Below are positions 1 through 14,000 of a DNA stretch of 64,000 nucleotides, in pieces (within the stretch, counting starts at the first letter, position 1; each line of letters begins with the position of its first letter). The DNA comes from Balanoglossus misakiensis (taxonomy: Eukaryota; Animalia; Hemichordata): the NCBI GenBank assembly GCA_040954595.2, contig CM082592.2, forward strand, positions 868,001-932,000. Reading direction: 5' to 3'. The notes under the pieces were generated by a model. That model was given only the letters and a program-made list of their open reading frames with translations. It ran no database searches and had not been told where the DNA came from. A program made the position numbers and the translations under genes.

Positions 1-3000
1 ATACAAGCAATTGCTTATATATGATCAGGCCACCGAATTAAAAAAATAAAGAATGTTTTGCCTAAAAATGACCTTTTTGGTGCAAAAACGAATAAAACGC
101 AATTTTGTATTAAATCAGCTCATTCAGAGTGCATTTTTTTATAATCAGCACCATTTTTACATATAATGGAAATTTCATACATCACCAGATATCCAAATAT
201 GAAAAAATGATTTAGATTTTAGATGATTGTCCAAAATTAGCTGATATCTAATAAATGTAGTATTGAACCATTCTGTTCCCCCCCCCCCTCCCCTACATTA
301 TATGCGGTACGCCGATGTCAGCTTACCCGGCAGTACTGCAGGCCGTGCCCCCAACTAACGTCGGTGTTTGAAACGCCCTGGTTAAATTCGGGCTTTCTCT
401 ATAAATTGACAGGCAATAATGCAGTCCTACCCGAACAAATGTCGAGTGTTGACATGCTGAGACTTTCCCTCTTCGGTTTGCCCGACTTAGCCGACGTCTT
501 TGTACTAGAGTGTCGGGTCTTTTGCAGAGCCAGGCCGAAGGAAATCCGACTTGATCACCGTTGCTAACGAACGCTAGTGTCTGTCATGGTGTGCCGGGGT
601 TTTAGTCGAGCCAGGCCGTAGGAGATCTGACTTGATCATCGTGGTCAATGTACGCGTGTTTCCGCTCTAAAGTGCCGGGGCTTCAGCTAAACCAGGCCGT
701 AGGAAATCCGACGTAATCACCGTTGATAACTTACGCCAGTCTGTGTCATATAGAGCCGGTGCACCAGCCGAGTCACGCCGTAGGAAATCTGACTTGATCA
801 ACGTGGTCAATGTACGCCTGTTTCTGCTCTAGAGTGCCGGGGCTTCAGCTGAGCCAGGCCGTAGGAAACCCGACGTGATTACAGTTGTTAACTTACGCCA
901 GTCTGTGTCCTATATATAGTGCCGGGGCATCAGCCGTGCCAGGCCGAAGGAAATGTGAGTAGATCAACGTGGTCTCTGTACGCGTGTTTCTGCTCTAGAG
1001 TGTCAGGGCTTTAGCAAAGCCATGCCGTAGGAAATCTGACTTGATCAACGTTGCTAACGAACGCTCAGCCTAGTGTCTGTCATAGTGTGCCGGGGTTTTA
1101 GTCGAGCCAAGCCGTAGGAGATCAGACTTGATCAACGTGGTCTCTGTACGCGTGTTTCTGCTCTTGAGTGCCGGGGCTTTATCCAAGCCATGCCGTAGAA
1201 AATCTGACTTGATCACCGTTGCTAACGTACGCTAGTGTCTGTCATATTGTGACGGAGATTTAGCCGAGCCAGGCCGTAAAAAATCGACTTGTTCAACGTT
1301 ACCAGTGTGCAACTGTTTCTGCTCTAGAGTGTCAGGGTTTTAGCCGATTTATGATGTAGGAAATCAGAGTTGATGAACGGGAATTCAATGTTAGAAAACC
1401 CGTGTGGAAAGTATCTCTACCCGTTTGAAACTAAGAAAAGAATTTATTCTTATTTATTTTGTAAAAAAGACAATTTTTCGAAACAAAGGCGAAAATGGTA
1501 ATTTTGTCTTGGGTGATTCAAATTATACCACCTTTTCTGGAATTTGCAGCACTTTTTACAAGAGAACGACACTTCATGCTCCATAATATTTCCGAAAATG
1601 AAGAAAAGAGTTAATTTTTTATGATTTTTTAAAATTTTACCATTTTTGTCAAAATATGGCCAAAATGGCTATTTTTTCTTGAATTCCGTCAATATCTCAG
1701 CATTTTTGGAGTGGTCGAAACTTTTAACATACAATCAACATGTCATATATGATCGGGGCACCAAATTCGAAGAACAAAGGTTTTTTTATTTTTTTTCTAA
1801 AAATGACATTTTCAAGGAAAATTTGGTAAAACGCAATTTTGTCTGCAGTGAGCCAAATTAGACGGTCTTTTGTGGAATTTGTATCGATATATACATACGA
1901 AGAGCATTCTATACTCCATCAGATTTCCGAAAATGTAGAAAACAGGTATTTTTTGTAATTTTCAAAAATTTACCATTTTGACCGAATTGTGGCTAAAATT
2001 GTTATTTTCGTGTTGAATGCCGCCAGTGGCACTGCTTTTAAAAGTCATTAAAACTTTTAACATACAAGCAATTGTTTATATATGATCAGGTCACCGAATT
2101 TAAAGAATAAAGAATGTTTTCCCTAAAAATGACCTTTTTGGTGCAAAAACGAATAAAACGCAATTTTGTATTAAATCAGCTCATTCAGAGTGCATTTTTT
2201 ATAATCAGCACCATTTTTACATATAATGGAAATTTCATACATCATCAGATATCCAAATATGAAAAAATGATTTAGATTTTAGATGATTGTCCAAAAGTAG
2301 CTGATATCTAATAAATGTAGTATTGAACCGTTCTGTCCCCCCCCCTACATTACATGCGGTACGCCGATGTCAGCTTACCCGTCAGTACTGCAGGCCGTGC
2401 CCACAACTAACGTCGGTGTTTGAAACGCCCTGGTTAAATTCGGGCTTTCTCTATAAATTGACAGGCAATAATGTAGTCCTACCGGAACAAATGTCGAGTG
2501 TTGACCCGCTGTGACTTTCCCTCTTCGGTTTGCCCGACTTAGCCAACGTCTTTGTACTAGAGTGTCGGGTCTTTTGCAGAGCCAGGCCGAAGGAAATCCG
2601 ACTTGATCACCGTTGCTAACGAACGCTAGTGTCTGTCATGGTGTGCCGGGGTTTTAGTCGAGCCAGGCCGTAGGAGATCTGACTTGATCATCGTGGTCAA
2701 TGTACGCGTGTTTCCGCTCTAAAGTGCCGGGGCTTCAGCTAAACCAGGCCGTAGGAAATCCGACGTAATCACCGTTGATAACTTACGCCAGTCTGTGTCA
2801 TATAGAGCCGGTGTACCAGCCGAGTCACGCCGTAGGAAATCTTACTTGATCAACGTGGTCAATGTACGCCTGTTTCTGCTCTAGAGAGCCGGGGCTTCAG
2901 CTGAGCCAGGCCGTAGGAAACCCGACGTGATTACCGTTGTTAACTTACGCCAGTTTGTGTCCTATATATAGTGCCGGGGCATCAGCCGTGCCAGGCCGAA

Positions 3001-6000
3001 GGAAATGTGAGTAGATCAACGTGGTATCTGTACGCGTGTTTCTGCTCTAGAGTGCCAGGGCTTTAGCCAAGCCATGCCGTAGAAAATCTGACTTGATCAC
3101 CGTTGCTAACGAACGCTAGTGTCTGTCATAGTGTGCCGGGGTTTTAGTCGAACCAAGCCGTAGGAGATCAGACTTGATCAACGTGGTCTCTGTACGCGTG
3201 TTTCTGCTCTGGAGTGCCGGGGCTTTATCCAAGCCATGCCGTAGAAAATCTGACTTGATCACCGTTGCTAACCTACGCTAGTGTCTGTCATATTGTGACG
3301 GAGATTTAGCCGAGCCAGGCCGTAGAAAAATCGACTTGTTCAACGTTACCAGTGTGCAACTGTTTCTGTTCTAGAGTGTCAGGGTTTTAGCCGACTTGTA
3401 GGAAATCTGAGTTGATGAACGGGAATTCAATGTTACAAATCCGTGTGGAAAGTATCTCTACCCGTTTGGAACTAAGAAAAGAATTTATTCTTATTTATTT
3501 TGTATAAAAACAATATTTCGAAAAAAAGTCGAAAATGGTAATTTTGTCTTGGGTGATTCAAATTATACCGCCTTTTCTGGAATTTGCAGCACTTTTTACA
3601 AGAGAACGACACTTCATGCTGTATAATATTTCCGAAAATGAAGAAAAGAGTTAATTTTTTTATGATTTTTTAAAAATTTACCATTTTTGTCAAAATATGG
3701 CCAAAATGGCTATTTTTTCTTGAATTCCGTCAATATCTCAGCATTTTTGGAGTGGTCGAAAGTTTTAACATACAATCAACATGTCATATATGATCAGGCA
3801 CTAAATTCGAAGAACAAAGGTTTTTTATTTTTTTTTCTAAAAATGACATTTTCAAGGAAAATTTGGTAAAACGCAATTTTGTCTGCAGTGAGCCAAATTA
3901 GACGGTCTTTTGTGGAATTTGTATCGATATATGTATACGAAGAGCATTCTATACTCCATCAGATTTCCGAAAATGTAGAAAACAGGTATTTTTTGTAATT
4001 TTCAAAAATTTACCATTTTGACCGAATTGTGGCTAAAATTGTTATTTTCGTGTTGAATGCCGCCAGTGTCACTGCTTTTAAAAGTCATTAAAACTTTTAA
4101 CATACAAGCAATTGTTTATATATGATCAGGTCACCGAATTTAAAGAATAAAGAATGTTTTCCCTAAAAATGACCTTTTTGGTGCAAAAACGAATAAAACG
4201 CAATTTTGTATTAAATCAGCTCATTCAGAGTGCATTTTTTATAATCAGCACCATTTTTACATATAATGGAAATTTCATACATCATCAGATATCCAAATAT
4301 GAAAAAATGATTTAGATTTTAGATGATTGTCCAAAAGTAGCTGATATCTAATAAATGTAGTATTGAACCGTTCTGTCCCCCCCCCCCTACATTACATGCG
4401 GTACGCCAATGTCAGCTTACCCGTCAGTACTGCAGGCCGTGCCCACAACTAACGTCGGTGTTTGAAACGCCCTGGTTAAATTCGGGCTTTCTCTATAAAT
4501 TGACAGGCAATAATGTAGTCCTACCGGAACAAATGTCGAGTGTTGACCCGCTGTGACTTTCCCTCTTCGGTTTGCCCGACTTAGCCAACGTCTTTGTACT
4601 AGAGTGTCGGGTCTTTTGCAGAGCCAGGCCGAAGGAAATCCGACTTGATCACCGTTGCTAACGAACGCTAGTGTCTGTCATGGTGTGCCGGGGTTTTAGT
4701 CGAGCCAGGCCGCAGGAGATCTGACTTGATCATCGTGGTCAATGTACGCGTGTTTCCGCTCTAAAGTTCCGGGGCTTCAGCTAAACCAGGCCGTAGGAAA
4801 TCCGACGTAATCACCGTTGATAACTTACGCCAGTCTGTGTCATATAGAGCCGGTGTACCAGCCGAGTCACGCCGTAGGAAATCTTACTTGATCAACGTGG
4901 TCAATGTACGCCTGTTTCTGCTCTAGAGAGCCGGGGCTTCAGCTGAGCCAGGCCGTAGGAAACCCGACGTGATTACCGTTGTTAACTTACGCCAGTTTGT
5001 GTCCTATATATAGTGCCGGGGCATCAGCCGTGCCAGGCCGAAGGAAATGTGAGTAGATCAACGTGGTCTCTGTACGCGTGTTTCTGCTCTAGACATGCCA
5101 GGGCTTTATCCAAGCCATGCCGTAGGAAATCTGACTTGATCAACGTTGCTAACGAACGCTAGTGTCTGTCATAGTGTGCCGGGGTTTTAGTCGAGCCAAG
5201 CCGTAGGAGATCAGACTTGATCAACGTGGTCTCTGTACGCGTGTTTCTGCTCTAGAGTGCCGGGGCTTTATCCAACCCATGCCGTAGAAAATCTGACTTG
5301 ATCACCGTTGCTAACGTACGATAGTGTCTGTCATATTGTGACGGAGATTTAGCCGAGCCAGGCCGTAGAAAAATCGACTTGTTCAACGTTACCAGTGTGC
5401 AACTGTTTCTGCTCTAAAGTCTCAGCGTTTTAGCCGACTTATGCTGTAGGAAATCTGAGTTGATGAACGGGAATTCAATGTTAGAAAACCCGTGTGGAAA
5501 GTATCTCTACCCGTTTGAAACTAAGAAAAGAATTAATTCTTATTTATTTTGTAAAAAAGACAATTTTTCGAAAAAAAGTCGAAAATGGTAATTTTGTCTT
5601 GGGTGATTCAAATTATACCGCCTTTTCTGGAATTTGCAGCACTTTTTACAAGAGAACGACACTTCATGCTCCATAATATTTCCGAAAATGAAGAAAAGAG
5701 TTAATTTTTTATGATTTTTTAAAAATTTACCATTTTTGTCAAAATATGGCCAAAATGGCTATTTTTTCTTGAATTCCGTCAATATCTCTGCATTTTTGGA
5801 GTGGTCGAAAGTTTAAACATACAATCAACATGTCATATATGATCAGGGCACCAAATTCGAAGATAAAAGGTTTTTTTATTTTTTTTTTTCTAAAAATGAC
5901 ATTTTCAAGGAAAATTTTGTAAAACGCAATTTTGTCTGCAGTGAGCCAAATTAGACGGTCTTTTGTGGAATTTGTATCGATATATACATACGAAGAGCAT

Positions 6001-9000
6001 TCTATACTCCATCAGATTTCCGAAAATGTAGAAAACAGGTATTTTTTGTAATTTTCAAAAAATTACCATTTTGACCAAATTGTGGCTAAAATTGTTATTT
6101 TCGTGTTGAATGCCGCCAGTGTCACTGCTTTTAAAAGTCATAAAAACTTTTAACATACAAGCAATTGTTTATATATGATCAGGTCACCGAATTAAAAAAA
6201 TAAAGAATGTTTTGCCTAAAAATGCCCTTTTTGGTGCAAAAACGAATAAAACGCAATTTTGCATTAAATCAGCTCATTCAGAGTGCATTTTTATAATCAG
6301 CACCATTTTTACATATAATGGAAATGTCATACATCATCAGATATCCAAATATGAAAAGATGATTTACATTTTAGATGATTGTCCAAAATTAGCTGATATC
6401 TGATAAATGTAGTATTGAACCGTTCTGTCCCCCCCCCTACATTATATGCGGTACGCTGATGTCAGCTTACCCGGCAGTACTGCAGGCCGTGCCCCCAACT
6501 AACGTCGGTGTTTGAAACGCCCTGGTTAAATTCGGGCTTTCTCTATAAATTGACAGGCAATAATGCAGTCCTACCGGAACAAATGTCGAGTGTTGACCCG
6601 CTGTGACTTTCCCTGTTCGGTTTGCCCGACTTAGCCAACGTCTTTGTACTAGAGTGTCGGGTCTTTTGCAGAGCCAGGCCGAAGGAAATCCGACTTGATC
6701 ACCGTTGCTAACGAACGCTAGTGTCTGTCATGGTGTGCCGGGGTTTTAGTCGAGCCAGGCCGTAGGAGATCTGACTTGATCATCGTGGTCAATGTACGCG
6801 TGTTTCCGCTCTAAAGTGCCGGGGCTTCAGCTAAACCAGGCCGTAGGAAATCCGACGTAATCACCGTTGATAACTTACGCCAGTCTGTGTCATATAGAGC
6901 CGGTGCACCAGCCGAGTCACGCCGTAGGAAATCTGACTTGATCAACGTGGTCAATGTACGCCTGTTTCTGCTCTAGAGCGCCGGGGCTTCAGCTGAGCCA
7001 GGCCGTAGGAAACCCGACGTGATTACCGTTGTTAACTTACGCCAGTCTGTGTCCTATATATAGTGCCGGGGCATCAGCCGTGCCAGGCCGAAGGAAATGT
7101 GAGTAGATCAACGTGGTCTCTGTACGCGTGTTTCTGCTCTAGTGCCGGGGCTTTATCCAAGCCATGCCGTAGAAAATCTGACTTGATCACCGTTGCTAAC
7201 GTACGATAGTGTCTGTCATATTGTGACGGAGATTTAGCCGAGCCAGGCCGTAGAAAAATCGACTTGTTCAACGTTACCAGTGTGCAACTGTTTCTGCTCT
7301 AGAGTGTCAGGGTTTTAGCCGACTTATGCTGTAGGAAATCTGAGTTGATGAACGGGAATTCAATGTTAGAAAACCCGTGTGGAAAGTATCTCTACCTGTT
7401 TGAAACTAAGAAAAGAATTAATTCTTATTTATTTTGTAAAAAAGAAAATTTTTCGAAAAAAAGTCGAAAATGGTAATTTTGTCTTGGGTGATTCAAATTA
7501 TACCGCCTTTTCTGGAATTTGCAGCACTTTTTAGAAGAGAACGACACTTCATGCTCCATAATATTTCCGAAAATGAAGAAAAGAGTTAATTTTTTATGAT
7601 TTTTTAAAAATTTACCATTTTTGTCAAAATATGGCCAAAATGGCTATTTTTTCTTGAATTCCGTCAATATCCCTGCATTTTTGGAGTGGTCGAAAGTTTT
7701 AACATACAATCAACATGTCATATATGATCAGGGCACCAAATTCGAAGATAAAAGGTTTTTTAATTTTTTTTTTCTAAAAATGACATTTTCAAGGAAAATT
7801 TTGTAAAACGCAATTTTGTCTGCAGTGAGCCAAATTAGACGGTCTTTTGTGGAATTTGTATCGATATATACATACGAAGAGCATTCTATACTCCATCAGA
7901 TTTCCGAAAATGTAGAAAACAGGTATTTTTTTGTAATTTTCAAAAATTTACCATTTTGACCAAATTGTGGCTAAAATTGTTATTTTCGTGTTGAATGCCG
8001 CCAGTGTCACTGCTTTTAAAAGTCATAAAAACTTTTAACATACAAGCAATTGTTTATATATGATCAGGTCACCGAATTAAAAAAATAAAGAATGTTTTGC
8101 CTAAAAATGCCCTTTTTGGTGCAAAAACGAATAAAACGCAATTTTGCATTAAATCAGCTCATTCAGAGTGCATTTTTATAATCAGCACCATTTTTACATA
8201 TAATGGAAATGTCATACATCATCAGATATCCAAATATGAAAAGATGATTTACATTTTAGATGATTGTCCAAAATTAGCTGATATCTGATAAATGTAGTAT
8301 TGAACCGTTCTGTTCCCCCCCCCCCCTACATTATATGCGGTACGCTGATGTCAGCTTACCCGGCAGTACTGCAGGCCGTGCCCCCAACTAACGTCGGTGT
8401 TTGAAACGCCCTGGTTAAATTCGGGCTTTCTCTATAAATTGACAGGCAATAATGCAGTCCTACCGGAACAAATGTCGAGTGTTGACCCGCTGTGACTTTC
8501 CCTGTTCGGTTTGCCCGACTTAGCCAACGTCTTTGTACTAGAGTGTCGGGTCTTTTGCAGAGCCAGGCCGAAGGAAATCCGACTTGATCACCGTTGCTAA
8601 CGAACGCTAGTGTCTGTCATGGTGTGCCGGGGTTTTAGTCGAGCCAGGCCGTAGGAGATCTGACTTGATCATCGTGGTCAATGTACGCGTGTTTCCGCTC
8701 TAAAGTGCCGGGGCTTCAGCTAAACCAGGCCGTAGGAAATCCGACGTAATCACCGTTGATAACTTACGCCAGTCTGTGTCATATAGAGCCGGTGCACCAG
8801 CCGAGTCACGCCGTAGGAAATCTGACTTGATCAACGTGGTCAATGTACGCCTGTTTCTGCTCTAGAGCGCCGGGGCTTCAGCTGAGCCAGGCCGTAGGAA
8901 ACCCGACGTGATTACCGTTGTTAACTTACGCCAGTCTGTGTCCTATATATAGTGCTGGGGCATCAGCCGTGCCAGGCCGAAGGAAATGTGAGTAGATCAA

Positions 9001-9627
9001 CGTGGTCTCTGTACGCGTGTTTCTGCTCTAGTGCCGGGGCTTTAGCCAAGCCATGCCGTAGGAAATCTGACTTGATCAACGTTGCTAACGAACGCTAGTG
9101 TCTGTCATAGTGTGCCGGGGTTTTAGTCGAGCCAAGCCGTAGGAGATCAGACTTGATCAACGTGGTCTCTGTACGCGTGTTTCTGCTCTAGAGTGCCTGG
9201 GCTTCAGCTGAGCCAGGCCGTAGGAAACCCGACGTGATTACCGTTGTTAACTTACGCCAGTCTGTGTCCTATATATAGTGCCGGGGCATCAGCCGTGCCA
9301 GGCCGAAGGAAATGTGAGTAGATCAACGTGGTCTCTGTACGCGTGTTTCTGCTCTAGAGTGCCAGGGCTTTAGCCAAGCCATGCCGTAGGAAATCTCACT
9401 TGATCACCGTTGCTAACGTACGCTAGTGTCTGTCATATTGTGACGGAGATTTAGCCGAGCCAGGCCGTAGAAAAATCGACTTGTTCAACGTTTCCAGTGT
9501 GCAACTGTTTCTGCTCTAGAGTGTCAGGGTTTTAGCCGACTTATGCTGTAGGAAATCTGAGTTGATGAACGGGAAGTCAATGTTAGGAAACCCGTGTGGA
9601 AAGTATCTCTACCCGTTTGAAACTAAG
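1..9627. repeat. Composite ~2.05-kb tandem satellite array, segment 1 (~4.7 monomers)
   Basis: The landmark GTAGTATTGAACC + poly-C recurs at ~257, 2317, 4357, 6408 and 8294. The GC half is built of 81-bp subunits (CAGGCCG-type cores at 531, 612, 693, 774, 855). The AT half is built of ~330-bp diverged subunits (TTTTAACATACAA at ~1722 and ~2055). Confidence 0.97.
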
Positions 9628-11011
9628 TGTAACCTCACTCGCAATTACATATAATACAAAAAGGGCCCTGGTGGCATTGCGGCACCTTCGCTCCACACTA
9701 CTCAATCAGATGCAACAAGAAACAATTTTCTCTCTCCGATAAGTTCAAATATAAAAGAAAAAACTTGACAGCACTCAATCTCTGAATGGCGGTCTCTATC
9801 ACTGAACAACAAAAAAATCAAGCAATTCCATACTGATCACACTAGTGCACCTGTTTACAACAGGGGGTGCACTGTAAAAAGAAAATGAAATGTTAATCTG
9901 TATCACTGATAATACAAGAAGAATAAAGTTCACTCTCAATGTACGTAGCTGTATAAATCAATGTACTCAGCAGTGGAAATCAGCGTATTCCGCTGTATAA
10001 ATCAATGTACTCAGCAGTGTGAATCAGCGTATTCCGCTGTATAAATCAATGTACTCAGCAGTGTGAATCAGCGTATTCCGCTGTATAAATCAATGTACTC
10101 GGCAGTAAAAATCAGTGTACTCCGCTGTATAAATCAATGTACTCGGCAGTAGAAATCAGTTCACTTTTCCCACAATAGTTCGAAAAAATAAAAGTTCACT
10201 GTTCACACAATAGTTCAAAAGAAAATAACAGTTCACTATCAATGTACTCAGCTGTATGACTCAGTTTGCTGTCCCCGTAAACAGTTCTGGCGCTGAATCC
10301 AACTTCAACTGGCACAATCCGCTGGTACATGGCAAACCACGGCGAATCCCTCAGAACGTCTGCAAACTGCTACACCCGAAGCCGGCGAATCCCTCGGAAC
10401 GGCAGCAAACCGCAAACTGTTGCACAGAAAATCGGCGAATCCCTCAGAAAGGCAGCAAACAGCGACTGTAGCACACAAGCGGCTCGGTGTATCAAAACTG
10501 ATGGGTCCGCTATCAATACATGTACTTATCTCTCTCCGTCTCTAGCTCGCTCGCATCACACGCCAGCACGACTCATGGGGGCAGCCATCTTGGAAAGTTT
10601 TGTTTAGAACTGCATACGTGGCCGAAACTCCGACTCAACTTCGGCCCTACTCGGCTCGTCACGCACTCACCGTCTAGCTGGAACTTCTTGGCCAATTCAA
10701 AAAATATAGTTTCTTTTCAAACCACGTCTCGCTCTTCCGAATTCAGTGTCACTGTTGGCACTCCGTCCGCCTGTATCAGAGACCTGCACGCCTCAATACA
10801 TGACTTCTGGCTGAAACCTGGGCTGCAATTTCAGACGAAAATCTCCCAGCAATTTCTGGACGACCAGCTCACGCGTACTCAAATTTTCCACACTCCCTTC
10901 AAAAAAAAAAAAACCCAACAACTCCCCGGATGAACTGCTGTACCGGCTGAGGGCGCTGCTGTCACCTTTCCCGTAAAGTACCCGGATGCTACTCAGTAAC
11001 CATGGGTTACA
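9628..11011 (-). repeat. 3' LTR of the Gypsy element
   Basis: TG...CA ends with a 7-bp inverted repeat. It sits next to the polypurine tract and is repeated at 18082-19465. Confidence 0.95.
9948..10160. repeat. 44-bp tandem repeat (~4.8 copies) inside the LTR; second copy at 18402-18614
   Basis: GCTGTATAAATCAATGTACTC(A/G)GCAGT... starts at 9948, 9992, 10036, 10080 and 10124. Confidence 0.9.
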
Positions 11012-11023
11012 TTCTCCCCCTCC
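11012..11023 (-). other. Polypurine tract (plus-strand primer)
   Basis: The minus strand reads GGAGGGGGAGAA immediately before the TGT start of the 3' LTR. Confidence 0.9.
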
Positions 11024-11090
11024 AAATATGGGCGTCCTCGTCCATTACATCATCGGACAACATTCTTCTATTCAGGTAAGTAATGTAGTC

Positions 11091-14000
11091 TTAAAAACCA
11101 TATCTTTGTGGAGCTTTTCTATCTCGTGTAGATCTTCTAACTGTCTGGGTCTCCACCTCTGTTTCCATGGTAACGGTTTCTGCTATCTGAACCGGACTCG
11201 CTCCCTCTGTCTCCATAGCAACTGTTTCTGTCATCTGCGTGGGACTCAATGCTTCTGTTCCCATAGCAACTGTTTCTGTCATCTGAGCTGGACTCGCTAC
11301 ATCTGTTTCCATAGCTATCACGGCTGTATCTGTACTTTCAGACATTCTCGGAGTAAACTCTGTTGCTGTTGCTCTAAGTTTTCTGCTCTCTCTTCCACCA
11401 TTTGTCATCATATCGACCATCTCTCTATCGTCTGGTCTTGTACTTCCTACTGCATCCTCCATGACTGTTTTGTTATTAAATCGCACCGAACTACGCACAG
11501 GAGGTTCAGCTATAGTTCTTTCCCTTGATGCAGGTTTCCACCACTGTACTAATTCCAATCCATCCTCTGAAGAGTCTGTGCCAGCACTTGAACTAGTAGT
11601 CACTGGTCGATGACGAGTTCTTCTCATATCTCTTTGTGGTTTTCTGTCATATTGCTTTCTCATAGGTCTTGCAGGATACGGTACAGGTAATGCACTGCAT
11701 GGCAATAACATGTTCCGATGAAGAGTCCTTGAACCCTGAGATTCTCCACTTTCCCGAACAACTTCATACACTGGAATATCTGGATTGACCTGACGGACCA
11801 CAATGTAAGCAGTTTTCTCCCAGCGATCAGCTAGCTTGTGTTTACCACGAATTCCTACATTCCGTACCATTACACGATCTCCTGGCTCCAATCGACTTTC
11901 CTTAGCTCTCACATCATACCGTCTCTTGTTTGCTCGCTGGTGTTTCTCTGCCTCTTTTGATGCTAATTCATATGCCACTTTCAATCTCTCCCGCAGTCTA
12001 TGCGCATAATCATCGCAATCGTCATCCTCGGTTGGCTGTAATCCCAGATAGATATCTACAGGAAGCCTTGGATGATGACCATACATCAAGTAATAAGGTG
12101 AGTAACCAGTACTTTCTCCTTTTGTACAATTGTATGCATGTACCATTGGACTAATATACTTCTTCCAATCTTGTTTCCTCTCTTCACCGAGCGTACCCAA
12201 CATGTCCATCAACGTCCTGTTGAATCTCTCACATTGCGGGTTTCCCTGGGGGTGGTAAGGCGTGGTGCGAGATTTCTGTATTCCCAGCTTTTTACATAAC
12301 TCCTGAATAACTTTCGACTCGAAATTGCGCCCTTGATCTGAGTGGAGACGATCAGGAAAACCATAATGCAACAGGAAATGCTCCATCAAAGCGTCCGCCG
12401 TCGTCTTCGCTGTCTGGTCCTTGGTTGGTATTGCTATCGCATACCTCGTGAAATGATCTGTAATGATCAGTATATCTTTGTATCCTCCTTTACACGGCTC
12501 CACTGTCAAATAGTCCATACAAACTAATTCCAATGGCCGCTTCGTCGTAATGTTACAAAGTGGGACTTTAGCTCTTCCATCAGGAGTCATCTTTCTGCGA
12601 GTGCAGCGCTCACAATTCTTCACCTTGACTTCTATATCCATAGTCATCTTAGGCCAATAAAATCTGGACTTCATCAGATCAGTAGTTCTCTCTATTCCAG
12701 GGTGTCCCATATCATCATGTAATGCCTCCATGGCTGTACCACGATATATGGCAGGCAAGACCAACTGATTATACTCATCACCATGGCGATCCTGTCTCCG
12801 TCTGTACAGTACACCATCCCGAAACCGTAATCGATTCCATTCCTTCAGACCAATTTGCACCAATTTAGATTCGCCACTTCTTTCTGTAACAGTGGGTCGT
12901 TTATTCTTCACCATGTACATATATAAGCGTCCTACAACAGGATCTGCCTTCTGCGCTGCTATCCAATCAGCTGTGGTAACTGAAGGTAATGCTGTCTGGT
13001 CTGACCACTTTTCAATTTCATCCTCCACACGAGTAACAACCCCTGGCTCAGCTCCTAGTACTTCAACTGCTGGTAACGTCTGAACCTGGGCACTCTGAGT
13101 GACTGCTTTCACCGTCTCAATATTCATTCGCTCTCTCTCAGCAGGAGGTAACCAATCCAACCAATATGGACGTCCCTCAGTATCAGTGGTATATCCCTGA
13201 TGGGGCTTCCGCGATAGACCATCTGCATCAGCGTTGAGGCTGCCTGGCGTATACTGTAATTCAAAATCATACTGAGCTAGTGCCGCCAACCATCTGTGTC
13301 CAGTGGCATCAAGTTTCGCGCTGGTCATCACATAGGTTAAAGGATTGTTGTCAGTTACAATCAAGAATTTTCTACCATACAGATAGTCCTTGAACTTGTC
13401 TGTTACTGCCCATTTCAATGCTAGGAACTCTAACTTGTGCACAGGGTAGTGTCGTTCACTCTTCGATAGTCTTCTGCTGGCATAGGCAATCACCCTTTTC
13501 ACTGATCCCTCCTTCTGGTATAGCGCAGCACCCAATCCCAATAAGCTGGCGTCAGTATGTAGCTCAAATGGCTTCTCATAATCTGGATATGCGAGAATAG
13601 GGGGATGTGTCAATCTCTCAATCAGCGTCTCGAACGCATGTTGGCACTCTTCTGTCCAGTTGAATTTGGGACGATCTTCCTCTCTGACGAGTCTCATCTT
13701 ACCAGAACGGCCTTTCCGCTGATACAATCCAACTGTCAAGTCATTGAGAGGTTTGGCAATCTTCGAATATCCTTCCACATATCTTCTATAATATCCTGTC
13801 ACGCCTAAAAACGTCTTGACCTCTTGGGCATTGGTAGGCACTGGCCACGTCTTCAAAGGTTCAGTCTTTGCGGGATCAGTCTGTATACCGTTCGCACTCA
13901 CAACATGTCCCAAATAGTTGACCTGCTTCAGAAAGAAAGCACACTTCTTGGGGGATAACTTCAAACCATTCGCCGCAAGTCGCTGAAATACTTGTCGCAA

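Noticed and set aside
600-830. 5S rRNA-like words on the minus strand (CCTACGGCC, ACCACGTTGA)
   Set aside because: The order and spacing do not match 5S rRNA and there is no internal A/C box region, so these are treated as chance matches.
510-1370. 81-bp subunits as a CRISPR array
   Set aside because: The whole unit is repeated with no unique spacers, there are no cas genes, and the context is eukaryotic with spliceosomal introns.
364-8288. Recurrent 60-71-aa ORFs in the satellite (MESISTRL..., MSKYGQNG..., MNRSVPPP...)
   Set aside because: They mostly start at GTG/TTG, are broken by homopolymer indels in many monomers and have no recognisable domain. They are by-products of the repeat.
10256-11528. 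Plus-strand ORFs in the LTRs and antisense to the pol C-terminus (also 18710-19387)
   Set aside because: No domain features. The 180-aa Cys/His-rich ORF is simply the reverse reading of the pol 16-aa repeats.
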